From a virus (lineage: Duplodnaviria; Caudoviricetes), in IMG/VR virus record IMGVR_UViG_3300017774_001647, positions 1-40,604 of that record: a stretch of DNA of 40,604 nt. One strand, 5' to 3'. Both the position numbers and the translations under genes were made by a program. Within the stretch, counting starts at the first letter, position 1, and every line of letters begins with the position of its first letter. Of this stretch, positions 1 to 10,145 are shown in pieces. The notes beneath the pieces are model-generated. The model worked only from the letters and a program-made list of their open reading frames with translations, did no database searches and was not told where the DNA came from.

Positions 1-2457
1 TCTATATCTGATGATAGAAAAGAGTTAAGACTTTATAGCCTAAACATATTAGCCTCTGAGGTAAAAACTAAATCTCAAGATGTAATAAACAGATTAAATT
101 CGGAGGCTACTTTTTCTGATTTTAACTTACTATTTGAAAATGGCCATACTGAGTTAGCTATAAATTTAGTAAATATAGTTGTTGGGGATAGAGTCGCTGT
201 AATAGTGAAACTTTACAATCCCCTTACTTCAGGCGTACAACTAAAAACAGAGCTTCAGTTGGTGGAAGAAGTATCTGAAACTTTAAATTATTCTGTATTA
301 ATAGATGTAATTACTCCACCTGTAGCATACAAAAAATTAGCAGGTCCTAACTTCAATAATAGCAATGAAAATAGAGATGGAGCTACTGAGTATCTATCTA
401 GTGTAGATTTAATTAATGTAAATACTTATTCCACTGACGTATTGGAAGTGATAAGTAAGACCTTTGAAAAATCAGCAACGCTAGGAATTGATTACTCTAA
501 ATTAAGTAATTTTATTCACTATTCATCTGCAAATGAGAGACTTAAGAACTTTGTATATAAAGCACAATTAATAGAGACCTATACTAATTCTTTAAATATC
601 TTACCTTCTGGATCTTCTGGTAACGAAAGTAGAGAGTTTTATCAGGTTGGAATAAAAAATATTGTAAGAAATTTTGATCATTTTGAAAGGCATCTTTATT
701 TCGAATCTGGAAGTTTAACTTGGCCTAAGAAGAATTCAGTTAAGCCCTATAATCTATTTAGTAGCACAGCATCAGTTACCGTAAATTGGTATTCTGATTA
801 TCTAAATGAGTGCGACATATTTGACAATACGAATTATTATAGATTGATGGGCTCTCTACCAGAATATATTAGAGAGGATTCAGATAATTCTAATTTAGTA
901 TTGTTTGTAGATATGCTAGGGCATCATTTTGACAATATTAAAATATATTCAGATGCTATTTCTAAAAAGTATAATACAGATAATAGGGTAGATCGTGGGT
1001 TGGCCACAAGTTTAATTGAGCCTGTTTTAGAAAATTTTGGAGTAAAGCTTCATAAAAATGAGTTTAAAACAAACCAAGATTTATTTAAATATTTTGTATT
1101 AACAGATGATCGTGTTGATACAGAAATAATAAACACTACTAGTAGTTTATCAAATATAAATGTATCTGAAGAAAGCTACAGACAGGAGATTTACAAGAGA
1201 GTATATCATAACCTTCCTATATTATTAAAATCAAAGGGCACGGAAAGGGGATTAAAAGTGTTGATGAGCACTTTTGGTATACCTTCTAACATATTTCCTG
1301 TAAAAACTTATGGAGGAGCATCATATAAGGATACCCCATATTTTGGATTAGAACTACCTAATGTAAGTGGTAGTTTTTCAAAAATAAGATTAGACACTAC
1401 AGGAAGTATAGAAGGTAGTGTTTTAGTACCTTTAACGTCTATTCAAAAAAGAGATGCAGATTATCAACCTGACTTACACATAATTGAAGTAGGTCCATCT
1501 CCTAATGATAATATTAACAGATATATACTTCAAAATATATCTTCAAGTTTTAACATTGATAAATACATAGGTAACCCTAGCGGATACGATAGAGTTGGAT
1601 TGCGTAAATTAAAGGAGTCTATATTACTCCCATTAGACAGGTATGATTTAAAGGATTTTATAAGACTAATTAGATTTTACGATAATTCCTTCTTTAGAAT
1701 GGTTAGGGATTTTGTTCCAGGCCGTGATGTAATCGACTCTGGAATAATCATAAAACCCCACATATTAGAGCATAATTTAGTAAAAGGATTTTCTGTTGAT
1801 ACTGAACTTGTAAGTGAAAATTTAGAAGGCGAAATTGATACAGCTTTTATAGTAGGGTCAGACGCAGGTGCATTTGGGGCTAAGTCTGATTACGTTACTT
1901 CATACACGGAAACATTGCAGTTCCCGGATGGATTGACAACTAAACCTAAAACTCAAAATGGGTATACTCTAGTAGGAAGACATGATGGAGAGACCCCAAG
2001 ATATACTGGGGAATTATCAGGATCAGTACTTAAAGCTATAAAAAAAGAATTAAATATAGATAATACATTTAAAAAACCATCGTTCTTTGATTCTTTTTAC
2101 AATATTACCCCGATACTAACATTAGCTGATATCCCACTCACTTGTGCTCCATTTACAGCAACAGCTGTATACAAATCCACATCTGGTGGGAACATAATAG
2201 TGACATTAAGATTGGGATCAAATTTAGGAACTGGATTAGGCCCTTTTCTAATAGAGTCCGATGAGTCTATAGCAAATCCTGCCTCGGCAACAAGGGCACA
2301 GTTGATTACAGGGTTGGATATACTCCTTGATGACGCATCTACAGAAATTACATTAGAATCTACAGGACTTTGCGATAATATTATTACAGTGCCTATTACG
2401 GGAATACCAAGTGTATGTACGCCATTAACAGGAACCGCAGTTTATCAATCCGCTTAA
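1..2457 (+). CDS. Large virion structural protein (baseplate-region), 5'-truncated by the window
   Basis: Frame 1 is open from base 1 (SISDDRKELRLYS...), so the GTG at 205 is internal. Motifs LPEYIRED...FVDMLGHHFD and LPILLKSKGTERGL resemble baseplate wedge/tail-I-like domains. Lies next to tail-collar genes. Confidence 0.6.
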   Translation, partial: SISDDRKELRLYSLNILASEVKTKSQDVINRLNSEATFSDFNLLFENGHTELAINLVNIVVGDRVAVIVKLYNPLTSGVQLKTELQLVEEVSETLNYSVLIDVITPPVAYKKLAGPNFNNSNENRDGATEYLSSVDLINVNTYSTDVLEVISKTFEKSATLGIDYSKLSNFIHYSSANERLKNFVYKAQLIETYTNSLNILPSGSSGNESREFYQVGIKNIVRNFDHFERHLYFESGSLTWPKKNSVKPYNLFSSTASVTVNWYSDYLNECDIFDNTNYYRLMGSLPEYIREDSDNSNLVLFVDMLGHHFDNIKIYSDAISKKYNTDNRVDRGLATSLIEPVLENFGVKLHKNEFKTNQDLFKYFVLTDDRVDTEIINTTSSLSNINVSEESYRQEIYKRVYHNLPILLKSKGTERGLKVLMSTFGIPSNIFPVKTYGGASYKDTPYFGLELPNVSGSFSKIRLDTTGSIEGSVLVPLTSIQKRDADYQPDLHIIEVGPSPNDNINRYILQNISSSFNIDKYIGNPSGYDRVGLRKLKESILLPLDRYDLKDFIRLIRFYDNSFFRMVRDFVPGRDVIDSGIIIKPHILEHNLVKGFSVDTELVSENLEGEIDTAFIVGSDAGAFGAKSDYVTSYTETLQFPDGLTTKPKTQNGYTLVGRHDGETPRYTGELSGSVLKAIKKELNIDNTFKKPSFFDSFYNITPILTLADIPLTCAPFTATAVYKSTSGGNIIVTLRLGSNLGTGLGPFLIESDESIANPASATRAQLITGLDILLDDASTEITLESTGLCDNIITVPITGIPSVCTPLTGTAVYQSA

Positions 2458-2466
2458 AATAAAAAA

Positions 2467-3069
2467 ATGATTGTAAGAATAACTTTAGCTTCAAATATAG
2501 GTGCGGACTTGGGCCCATTTAACCTAACCGCTAACTCGGGGTCTGTGGTACCAAATACTGCTACTAGAGCTCAATTACTAGGCGGGTTAAATGTAACGGC
2601 TAGTAATAGCGCAACAACTTTAACTGCCACTTCTACAGGGAGTTGTACTAATGGAGTAACAATGACAATTACTAGTATTCCAGTATATGTATCAAACATA
2701 ACTTCTAGTTTAGATTCGGACCCAAGTTCTATTGGGGATGTTAGAGTGCAATATACTAGAACTTCGGATAATGCAGTAGTAACACGAATTATATCGGACA
2801 CAAGTAATGCAGCTGATCAGGATCAGATAGATTATATTACAAATGCTAAGGCAGGTTCAATTGTGGTATCTGTTAATAAGTATAGCACAGGAACTACTCT
2901 GCAAGTAGGCACGGGGGCGGCCCAACCATCTGTTACGCTGATAGTAAATGTTAATGGAGCAGACGTATCAAATCAAACAGTGAATAGTGGCTCTTTAACT
3001 GCTAATCACACGTTAACTCACAATGAAGGAGCTATAATACAAATTACAGGTATATTAAGTACAGATTAA
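2467..3069 (+). CDS. Thr/Ser-rich beta-strand virion protein (Ig-like/decoration candidate)
   Basis: 200 aa, S/T/G/N-rich. Its N-terminal ~72 aa is paralogous to the C-terminal domain of the upstream ORF. Confidence 0.55.
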   Translation: MIVRITLASNIGADLGPFNLTANSGSVVPNTATRAQLLGGLNVTASNSATTLTATSTGSCTNGVTMTITSIPVYVSNITSSLDSDPSSIGDVRVQYTRTSDNAVVTRIISDTSNAADQDQIDYITNAKAGSIVVSVNKYSTGTTLQVGTGAAQPSVTLIVNVNGADVSNQTVNSGSLTANHTLTHNEGAIIQITGILSTD

Positions 3070-4232
3070 TGGGACCTACACAAGATGAATTTTTATTTAC
3101 GGTACGGCAAGATGGCATACCAAATGATGCCCTGTATCTATTCGCCATTACTGGATCAGGCACGACCTCTATTCAGGGTATTGCAATAAGTATATTTTCA
3201 AAACCATCTCAAAATGCAACAGAGAGTGAGGATATTTCACAAGTACTAGAACAAGTAGAAAGAGTTTACTTTGAAATATCTGGAAGTAATATTATTGCGG
3301 AGATAACAGATAGGTCTGAGTATTTGGATGAGGATGGTAGATATTTTTACTACCTACAATTTAATTCAGTAACTATAAACTCTCTATTAACACAGATAGA
3401 AATTCCAAATGTTAGAATAAATTTTTTCCCTTATATTAAGGGTCAAACTTTTTATAACTCGGATTACAATGCTATTCAAAATAGTATTAATGATCAGAGA
3501 AGATCTTCTTTTCTACAGATAGCAGATCGAAACTCTCCCTATATCACTACAGCAGGTATTTTAACAACAAACCCTTCTAATTTAAATGCTATTTTAGGTA
3601 ATTTTGCTACTATGGCAGAAATACCAGATAGTAATTACACTTCTACTGGGTGGACAAATGCAAGATATAATGGAGTTGAATCAACTGGATTAGAATATGG
3701 AGGAATTTCATCAGCTATCACTGGAATAATATTCCGAGCTAGTTTTCATCAATTTTCAGTGTCATCTACAATAATAAGAGCCTTATCCCCAGAGGATAAA
3801 GTAGTCAAAACTTATTTACATACTGGTATTGAACTATCCCCATCGTTTCAAATAAATCCTTTTAAACTAAAAATATTAAGCCCTCCCCCAATAGGGATAG
3901 ATACGGGCAGTATTTCTTATAATGCGTATCCAGTAAACACGCCTATTGCTCTTAATAATTTATTGATAATAACTGGATCTGTAGGATCAGAAGTTGTCAG
4001 AATTATAAATTATGATTTAACAAATAAGGTATTGGAAGTGCGAAGGGGAATTGGAGACACTACTCCCAAAGTATTTGCTACATATGACATATTCCCTATT
4101 TATGAAAATAGAATATATGAAGTAGATGGAAATAAAATTAACTCTGTAGACTTGGGTAAACTTTTTGTAGCATCAACCAATAAAATTTTAAAATTAGATG
4201 ATTTTGGAGTTGTTTATGGAGAAGAAAATTAA
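3069..4232 (+). CDS. Hypothetical structural protein (baseplate region)
   Basis: 387-aa ORF, TAATG-coupled to the upstream gene, in a structural context. Confidence 0.5.
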   Translation: MGPTQDEFLFTVRQDGIPNDALYLFAITGSGTTSIQGIAISIFSKPSQNATESEDISQVLEQVERVYFEISGSNIIAEITDRSEYLDEDGRYFYYLQFNSVTINSLLTQIEIPNVRINFFPYIKGQTFYNSDYNAIQNSINDQRRSSFLQIADRNSPYITTAGILTTNPSNLNAILGNFATMAEIPDSNYTSTGWTNARYNGVESTGLEYGGISSAITGIIFRASFHQFSVSSTIIRALSPEDKVVKTYLHTGIELSPSFQINPFKLKILSPPPIGIDTGSISYNAYPVNTPIALNNLLIITGSVGSEVVRIINYDLTNKVLEVRRGIGDTTPKVFATYDIFPIYENRIYEVDGNKINSVDLGKLFVASTNKILKLDDFGVVYGEEN

Positions 4233-4259
4233 TATATTGTAAAGAATACAAATACTCAA

Positions 4260-4266
4260 TATTTAT
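4260..4266 (+). promoter_or_regulatory. TATTTAT putative late-promoter motif
   Basis: Intergenic copy ~30 nt before the GTG at 4297. The same motif recurs in most intergenic gaps. Confidence 0.5.
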
Positions 4267-4296
4267 TTAAAATAGAAACTTAAAATAATTAATATA

Positions 4297-4953
4297 GTGG
4301 GATACTTAAATAATTCAGTCGTTACAATAGACGCAATTCTAACCAAGAAAGGTAGAGAGCTATTAGCTAGAGGAGATGGGTCAGCCAAAATTACTCAAAT
4401 TGCATTAGCAGATGATGAAATTGACTATACTTTATATAATCAAAATCACCCGTCTGGGTCTGCATTCTATGGGGAGGCTATAGAAAATATGCCCCTATTG
4501 GAAGCATTTCCTGATGAAACTCAAATCATGAAGTACAAGCTTACAACTCTACCAAGAGGTACAGCTAAATTACCAGTATTGGATATTGGTTATACTTCTA
4601 TTAGATTAAAGCAAGGAGCCTCTTTAGCTATTACTCCACAAACTTTAAACTATTTAGGCGCTGCAAAAACATTTGAGACAAATGGATATGTTGTTACAAT
4701 AGCTGATTCAAGAGTAAGCTCAACATTTAACGGAGTTGGAATTAGTACTACTGAGGCTGACAGACTTAATACCTCCACAACATTAGGTACTAACGTATCT
4801 AAAACTGTAATAGGAACTTCTATAAACATTACTGCAACAACAATAAACACTTTATTTGGGACCAATACTACTCTTACCACTACAATTACAGTAATAGGTA
4901 GAGATAGTGGGGCTAGAATAACCGTGCCTGTTACTATTGTTAAAACAAACTAA
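4297..4953 (+). CDS. Baseplate/tail-collar structural protein
   Basis: GTG start. AILTKKGRELLA...KITQIALAD resembles the N-terminal part of P2 gpH-type tail-collar (DUF3751-like) domains. Confidence 0.55.
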   Translation: MGYLNNSVVTIDAILTKKGRELLARGDGSAKITQIALADDEIDYTLYNQNHPSGSAFYGEAIENMPLLEAFPDETQIMKYKLTTLPRGTAKLPVLDIGYTSIRLKQGASLAITPQTLNYLGAAKTFETNGYVVTIADSRVSSTFNGVGISTTEADRLNTSTTLGTNVSKTVIGTSINITATTINTLFGTNTTLTTTITVIGRDSGARITVPVTIVKTN

Positions 4954-4965
4954 AATTAAATTAAG

Positions 4966-5988
4966 ATGTCATTTAAGAGATTAGATCCACAGGATATAAC
5001 AATAAGTGCAGAGTCAGTTGTAGCACCTCTATGGTCTACTGGAACGCCCGTTTTAACTCAATTCTTCACATCATCAGCGCAAGCAGCAAGCAATGCTGGT
5101 AACTTTTATTATGAGGTTTATCAGACAGGCTCCATATTGGATAATTCAGAAGTACAATTTTCTGTAACATTTGGACATCTAAGAGGAAGTGGATCAGCTA
5201 ATTTTGATACTAACGTTAATGGTAAATCCGCAAGTGCAGTTATTTACGGTCAGTATAGAACTTTGATATATGGAGACGAGAATAGAAACTTTACTTTTGG
5301 AACTGCAACCGAAGCTAGTGAAATTTATGTAATAGCATTAGATAGAGCTAGATATAAAGAAAAGCTATTACCTGGTAGTTTAAATTTAACTTTGAGAAGC
5401 GGATCATCCTCTATAAGATTAACCGATGATAGTAATGTGCAATCTACAGTGTCTTTCACAGATGCTGGGAGGGTGTATCAATTAATTTCTGGTTCCAATG
5501 GATCACCCTATACTCCATCGAGTAATGGTTATACCACCGCTTCAGGTTCTTATGGATTAGTATTACCAGATATTGGAATAGTAGTTCTTAATGGCAATGC
5601 ATTAAAATTAGCATCACCTGCAGGTATTAACATTGCTACTGTAGTAACTTCCGCAACTACCACAACTGGAAGTCCAAATCTTCGAAAAATATTTAATGCA
5701 GTTAAACTCGGGGCCTCTTTCCAAGCTAGATCAGAAGAAACAATAACGTCTAACTTCATATTTGTACGAGCTAGGAATGCAGAGTTTAACTACACTACAA
5801 ATCCATCTAATATTAGTTCTACCGGAGAGTTAGTTCATCCAGTGATGGTTAACACTCCACAATCATATATCACTACAGTAGGTCTTTACAACGATAGTAA
5901 TGATTTGGTTGCAGTAGCTAAACTATCAAGACCCTTACTAAAAGATTTTACAAAAGAAGCTCTTCTTCGTATAAAACTTAACTTCTAA
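4966..5988 (+). CDS. Baseplate/tail-collar structural protein
   Basis: C-terminal YITTVGLYNDSNDLVAVAKL resembles the EIGLYD..G.LIAV part of tail-collar domains. Paralog of the next gene. Confidence 0.55.
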   Translation: MSFKRLDPQDITISAESVVAPLWSTGTPVLTQFFTSSAQAASNAGNFYYEVYQTGSILDNSEVQFSVTFGHLRGSGSANFDTNVNGKSASAVIYGQYRTLIYGDENRNFTFGTATEASEIYVIALDRARYKEKLLPGSLNLTLRSGSSSIRLTDDSNVQSTVSFTDAGRVYQLISGSNGSPYTPSSNGYTTASGSYGLVLPDIGIVVLNGNALKLASPAGINIATVVTSATTTTGSPNLRKIFNAVKLGASFQARSEETITSNFIFVRARNAEFNYTTNPSNISSTGELVHPVMVNTPQSYITTVGLYNDSNDLVAVAKLSRPLLKDFTKEALLRIKLNF

Positions 5989-5991
5989 GTA

Positions 5992-6939
5992 ATGGGTGCT
6001 TACAAGCAGATTTCCCCTCAAGATACATTTATAACAACATATGTATCCCATAAGCAGTGGGAAATCACGGGCTCGCAGTATAGTAATTACGGAGTACAGT
6101 ACGCAGAGATATCTAGATATGATGATGATACCTATTATCTTAATCAAAACGATAGTTTTAGTTCATCCTATTTACCCTTATATTTTAAGAGCTTAGATTT
6201 ATTATATTATAGATCTTTCAATAATCTTGACGATGAGTTTAGTGCGTTGGGTATTGTATCATCTTCATACGAACACTACCTACAAACATCTTTACTTCAG
6301 TCTAATGTAAGACACCTAGAAGATGATTTAATATTAATTTCCATTCCAAGAAATGTATATGGGTCTGCAATAAAGCCAGGCTCATTCACTATGGGATTCC
6401 CTAACATTAATGAGGAAACTCTATATGTTAGAACAGGTTATGTGCTATCGGGTTATATTTTAGAATTATTGGATGGATTCGATTTAGAAGTAGGTGTTTT
6501 ATATGATAGTACTGAAGGGTCTATAATTGCGAAAACTAGCTTAGGGGATTATATTAGAGTTGGAGACATTAATTATTTCCATGGAATAATAACAATAACT
6601 CATCCTGATTTTGTGGAATCATACTCGGATGATGCAGATAAGCCGAGATTAATATTTAAATCTACAAAAGAAATCCATACTCATAATACGCATTGCACGG
6701 TGCTTGCTGAGGAGCTAAATTATACTTTAAATCCTACAACTACCATAGCAAATACTTCGGGAAGTATAGCAGCTAAATTTTTAGCAGACGAGTTTACACC
6801 CTACATAACCTCCGTGGGACTTTACAATAGCTCCAATGAACTTATTGCAGTAGGTAAACTTGCTCAGCCAACGCCTAAATCAGACCAAACGGATATGGTA
6901 TTTGTCGTTAAGGTTGGAATGGACAGCCAATATAATTAA
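5992..6939 (+). CDS. Baseplate/tail-collar structural protein (paralog of 4966..5988)
   Basis: Shares the N-terminal K.I.PQD, the internal PGS and the C-terminal YITSVGLYNSSNELIAVGKL with the upstream gene. Confidence 0.55.
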   Translation: MGAYKQISPQDTFITTYVSHKQWEITGSQYSNYGVQYAEISRYDDDTYYLNQNDSFSSSYLPLYFKSLDLLYYRSFNNLDDEFSALGIVSSSYEHYLQTSLLQSNVRHLEDDLILISIPRNVYGSAIKPGSFTMGFPNINEETLYVRTGYVLSGYILELLDGFDLEVGVLYDSTEGSIIAKTSLGDYIRVGDINYFHGIITITHPDFVESYSDDADKPRLIFKSTKEIHTHNTHCTVLAEELNYTLNPTTTIANTSGSIAAKFLADEFTPYITSVGLYNSSNELIAVGKLAQPTPKSDQTDMVFVVKVGMDSQYN

Positions 6940-6945
6940 TAAGAC

Positions 6946-7650
6946 ATGATACAGCTAAGGGAGATAATCGGCTACCCAAATTTAGATTGGCATATAAAGA
7001 ATGGTAAGAGCCTATCAGAGAATGTATATAGGTATTCTTCCAAATCATTTTTAAGCCTATTTGCGGAGGCAAGACAAGCTTTGTCTGAAGGGATGATATC
7101 TTTATCACAAGAAGATAATGAGTTGATTAGAGAGACTGATATAGGGCTATACGGAGAATATAATGGAATAGAAGTACCGTTGGATATCCCAATGGAAGAG
7201 GAAGATGATGTTGAATGTGATAAATGTAAACATTCTTGGAAATCAGACTCAGAAGATGACAGGCCAACCCTGTGTCATATTTGTGGTTATGATAGTGAGC
7301 TTAACGCATATGATATGCCAGCTTTGTTGATTTGGAAAAGTATGAATGAAGCAAAGTATCAAGGAAAGGAAGTTGCATTGAATAAGCCAAAAAGAGGGGG
7401 ATCTAAAAAATTCTATGTTTATACTAAAAATCCTAAGACGGGTAAGGTAATTAAGGTAAGTTTTGGGGCAGAAGGCGGTGGGCAAAACTTAGCAGTTAAG
7501 TTTAAGGAGCCTGGGGCTAGAGCATCATTTGCAGCAAGACATCAGTGCAGTACAAAGAAAGATAAAACAAAAGCAGGATATTGGAGCTGTAGACTTCCAC
7601 GTTACTGGAAACAGCTAGGAGGAGATAAAAACTATTCTGGTTTTTGGTAA
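6946..7650 (+). CDS. Multi-module hypothetical protein (Zn ribbon plus basic C-terminal module), probable internal head protein
   Basis: CDKC...CHICG ribbon. After MNE comes a basic module KKFYVYTKNPKTGKVIKVSFG...ARHQC...AGYWSC, of a type common in large phages. Confidence 0.55.
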   Translation: MIQLREIIGYPNLDWHIKNGKSLSENVYRYSSKSFLSLFAEARQALSEGMISLSQEDNELIRETDIGLYGEYNGIEVPLDIPMEEEDDVECDKCKHSWKSDSEDDRPTLCHICGYDSELNAYDMPALLIWKSMNEAKYQGKEVALNKPKRGGSKKFYVYTKNPKTGKVIKVSFGAEGGGQNLAVKFKEPGARASFAARHQCSTKKDKTKAGYWSCRLPRYWKQLGGDKNYSGFW

Positions 7651-7651
7651 A

Positions 7652-7915
7652 ATGAATCCGTATACAGATTTGATAGAATCAGATGCATCGGTTATAAGAG
7701 TATTTGATGAGAACATAGACCCTATAGAATTAAAGTGGCATAGGGATTTAGAGGATAGAAGAATAACAGTGTTAGAGGGCTCGGGATGGTATTATCAAAA
7801 AGAGGATGAATTACCTATTGAACTTTTACCTAGAGTAGATATATTTATAAGAGCACTAGAATGGCACAGAGTCATAAAAGGAAAGACTAATTTAAAAATA
7901 AAAATACAATCATGA
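7652..7915 (+). CDS. Small cupin-fold protein
   Basis: WHRDLEDR...VLEGSG and IFIRALEWHRVIK match cupin motifs 1 and 2. Confidence 0.7.
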   Translation: MNPYTDLIESDASVIRVFDENIDPIELKWHRDLEDRRITVLEGSGWYYQKEDELPIELLPRVDIFIRALEWHRVIKGKTNLKIKIQS

Positions 7916-8535
7916 AAAAATCTCAATTAATATCAATTATTGCAGAACAGCTTAAATCAGTTATAAACGAAAATAAAGATTTAAACTCATATGGCAAAGT
8001 ATTATTTGACCGATTAAATAAAAATGGATTTGAAGCTAAGTTCGTTACATCAAGCTCAGATTTTGATAAGTTTGGTAAAATTGCTAGAGAAACCAGAGAC
8101 AAAAAACTTGCGGTTGTACAATACGATGATATGGGTGTTAAGGGGGATGGATTTATTCTAATAGGGGTCAATAACCAAACACATGATGAGGTCGGAGAAA
8201 TATTAGATAGTATTAAATTTGAATTACCAGAAGGAGGGAGACACATGGTTAATAGCATTAATAGCTGGCAAGTTCAAGGGCCAAGCTTGGTTCCATCCAA
8301 AAAAGTAACAGAAGCTGAAGCTCCTGCAGCTCCAACAGATGTAGCCAATCTTGCTAAAGCTCAAGGTGCCGCAACTGGAGTAGCATCCAGAGCTAAAAAT
8401 ATAAATACTCCTCAAGAATTTCCAGGAGCATTTGAAGCATGGTTTAAAACATTAGGATATGAACCAGGTAAAATAGGAAAAGGTGTTGTAAGAGCATCTG
8501 TTGATAAAGTGTTAACCGACCTTGGATTTAAATAA
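7912..8535 (+). CDS. Hypothetical two-module protein with capsid-targeting-like leader
   Basis: Starts MKKSQLISIIAEQLKSVINE. A second module follows VTE. Confidence 0.6.
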   Translation: MKKSQLISIIAEQLKSVINENKDLNSYGKVLFDRLNKNGFEAKFVTSSSDFDKFGKIARETRDKKLAVVQYDDMGVKGDGFILIGVNNQTHDEVGEILDSIKFELPEGGRHMVNSINSWQVQGPSLVPSKKVTEAEAPAAPTDVANLAKAQGAATGVASRAKNINTPQEFPGAFEAWFKTLGYEPGKIGKGVVRASVDKVLTDLGFK

Positions 8536-8865
8536 ATGACTAAATTACTTAACCTTTTAATCGAGGCTATAAAGCCAAAAGAAACCTTTGAAGAATTCGC
8601 TGAAAAGCGTGGTGAAGGTGCCGCTAAAATAGCGTCAACCGCAGAGGAAAAAGGTGGGCTATCTTTGTTAACATGGCACCATTTTAAAGTAAAAGCCCCA
8701 TATTACAAAAAAGCAACTGCTGGTAAGTTTGATGAAGAAGCTGCAAAAAAAGAATTTGATAAAACATTGAAAAGTATTTCGGTAAGTATGACTGCTATTG
8801 AATTTCAAAGAGAAGTAGGTCGATTAGAGGTATTGGGGGAGCTGCTTATACGAGATAAAAAATAA
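8536..8865 (+). CDS. Hypothetical protein with leader (MTKLLNLLIE)
   Basis: 109-aa ORF abutting both neighbours. Confidence 0.6.
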   Translation: MTKLLNLLIEAIKPKETFEEFAEKRGEGAAKIASTAEEKGGLSLLTWHHFKVKAPYYKKATAGKFDEEAAKKEFDKTLKSISVSMTAIEFQREVGRLEVLGELLIRDKK

Positions 8866-9512
8866 TGAAGTTAACAGATTTAATTTTTGAGGATGCTTTC
8901 TATGGTGGCACAACCATGTCTAAGAATACATCTATTATGGGAGGGGTTACTGAGGGTATTTCTTCTTTGTATAAATCTGGAAAAATAAATGGTAAGGTTT
9001 TAGATTATGGTGCAGGAAGAGTCGATAGAAATGCTAAATTTTTAAGGGCTAATGGATTAGAGGTTTATTCCTTTGATCCCTTTTGGGGTAGTGGGGATAA
9101 CGGATATGTTACTACATCTGACAAATTACCTAACGATACTTTTGATGTTGGGTATACTTCATATGTTTTAAATGTTGTAAGTTTTCCGGAACAATCGGAC
9201 ATCTTAAGCACTATGAATGCTTTATGTAAAAAGCAATATCACATAGTTAGATTCATGGATTTGTATGATTTAGCTAAGAAAAATCTAGAATCAGATAAGG
9301 ATAATTTAATCAAAAACTTTTTTACTAATCAATATAAGGGTAACTTAGATACCTACATCAATTCTGATAAAGGGCAGAGAATGCAGATTCTTACTGATTT
9401 CTTACAATATGGAACCGAGACATCAAACGGATTCCAGAGATTGGTAGCACTTGAAGATCAAGGGTTTACATTAATTAAAAAGGCTTCTGGTTATAGAATT
9501 TACGAAAAGTAA
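8865..9512 (+). CDS. Class I SAM-dependent methyltransferase with leader MKLTDLIFE
   Basis: Motif I VLDYGAGR, post-I SFDPF, and FDVGYTSYVLNVV. Confidence 0.75.
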   Translation: MKLTDLIFEDAFYGGTTMSKNTSIMGGVTEGISSLYKSGKINGKVLDYGAGRVDRNAKFLRANGLEVYSFDPFWGSGDNGYVTTSDKLPNDTFDVGYTSYVLNVVSFPEQSDILSTMNALCKKQYHIVRFMDLYDLAKKNLESDKDNLIKNFFTNQYKGNLDTYINSDKGQRMQILTDFLQYGTETSNGFQRLVALEDQGFTLIKKASGYRIYEK

Positions 9513-9542
9513 CTACTAAGAAAGTATTTAAATACTAAATAA

Positions 9543-10130
9543 ATGAAAAAATCGAAACTAATATCATTAATAAAAGAAGAATATAGAAAATCTACTATTC
9601 AACTTGAACAAGGCGAAAGTTCTGAAGAAGAAGCTTTTGATAAGGAGTTTAGTAAAGCAGCGAATGATATAGCAGTAGCTTTAGGTAACGAACTTAAAAC
9701 AAAAGATAAAAAAGATCTAAACGAAGCTATTTTATTAACTGCTATTTCTGCTATAATGACCGCTAACGCTGTTGTTGGCTTAATTTCAAAATACTCAGCT
9801 AAACTGTTTAAGTTGTTAAACTTTAAAAAAGGGGAAGATGTAGCAGAAAAAATATACCATTGGGCTCATGATAATGAGATGGCATTTCAATCCCCTATCA
9901 AACGAGTGTTGGGATTCTTTGTTAAGGACGCTAAAACCCTAGATATTTTAACTAAAGCTATATATGCTATTGTAGTAGGAACTATGGCCGCAGGTTACGG
10001 TGCCCAAGTGATAGATAAATTATCGAATGCCGATTGGTTTAGCAGTGCATTGAGTGCTTTGAAAACCGTTGCAAAAGCAGATGAAACCATTGTAAATTCT
10101 TATCCAGCAATTAAATCTTTGATAGGTTAA
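9543..10130 (+). CDS. Hypothetical protein with leader and two hydrophobic helices
   Basis: Leader MKKSKLISLIKEE. Hydrophobic AILLTAISAIMTANAVVGLIS follows LNE directly; a second segment is AIYAIVVGTMAAGYG. Confidence 0.6.
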   Translation: MKKSKLISLIKEEYRKSTIQLEQGESSEEEAFDKEFSKAANDIAVALGNELKTKDKKDLNEAILLTAISAIMTANAVVGLISKYSAKLFKLLNFKKGEDVAEKIYHWAHDNEMAFQSPIKRVLGFFVKDAKTLDILTKAIYAIVVGTMAAGYGAQVIDKLSNADWFSSALSALKTVAKADETIVNSYPAIKSLIG

Positions 10131-10145
10131 AATATTTACATACGC

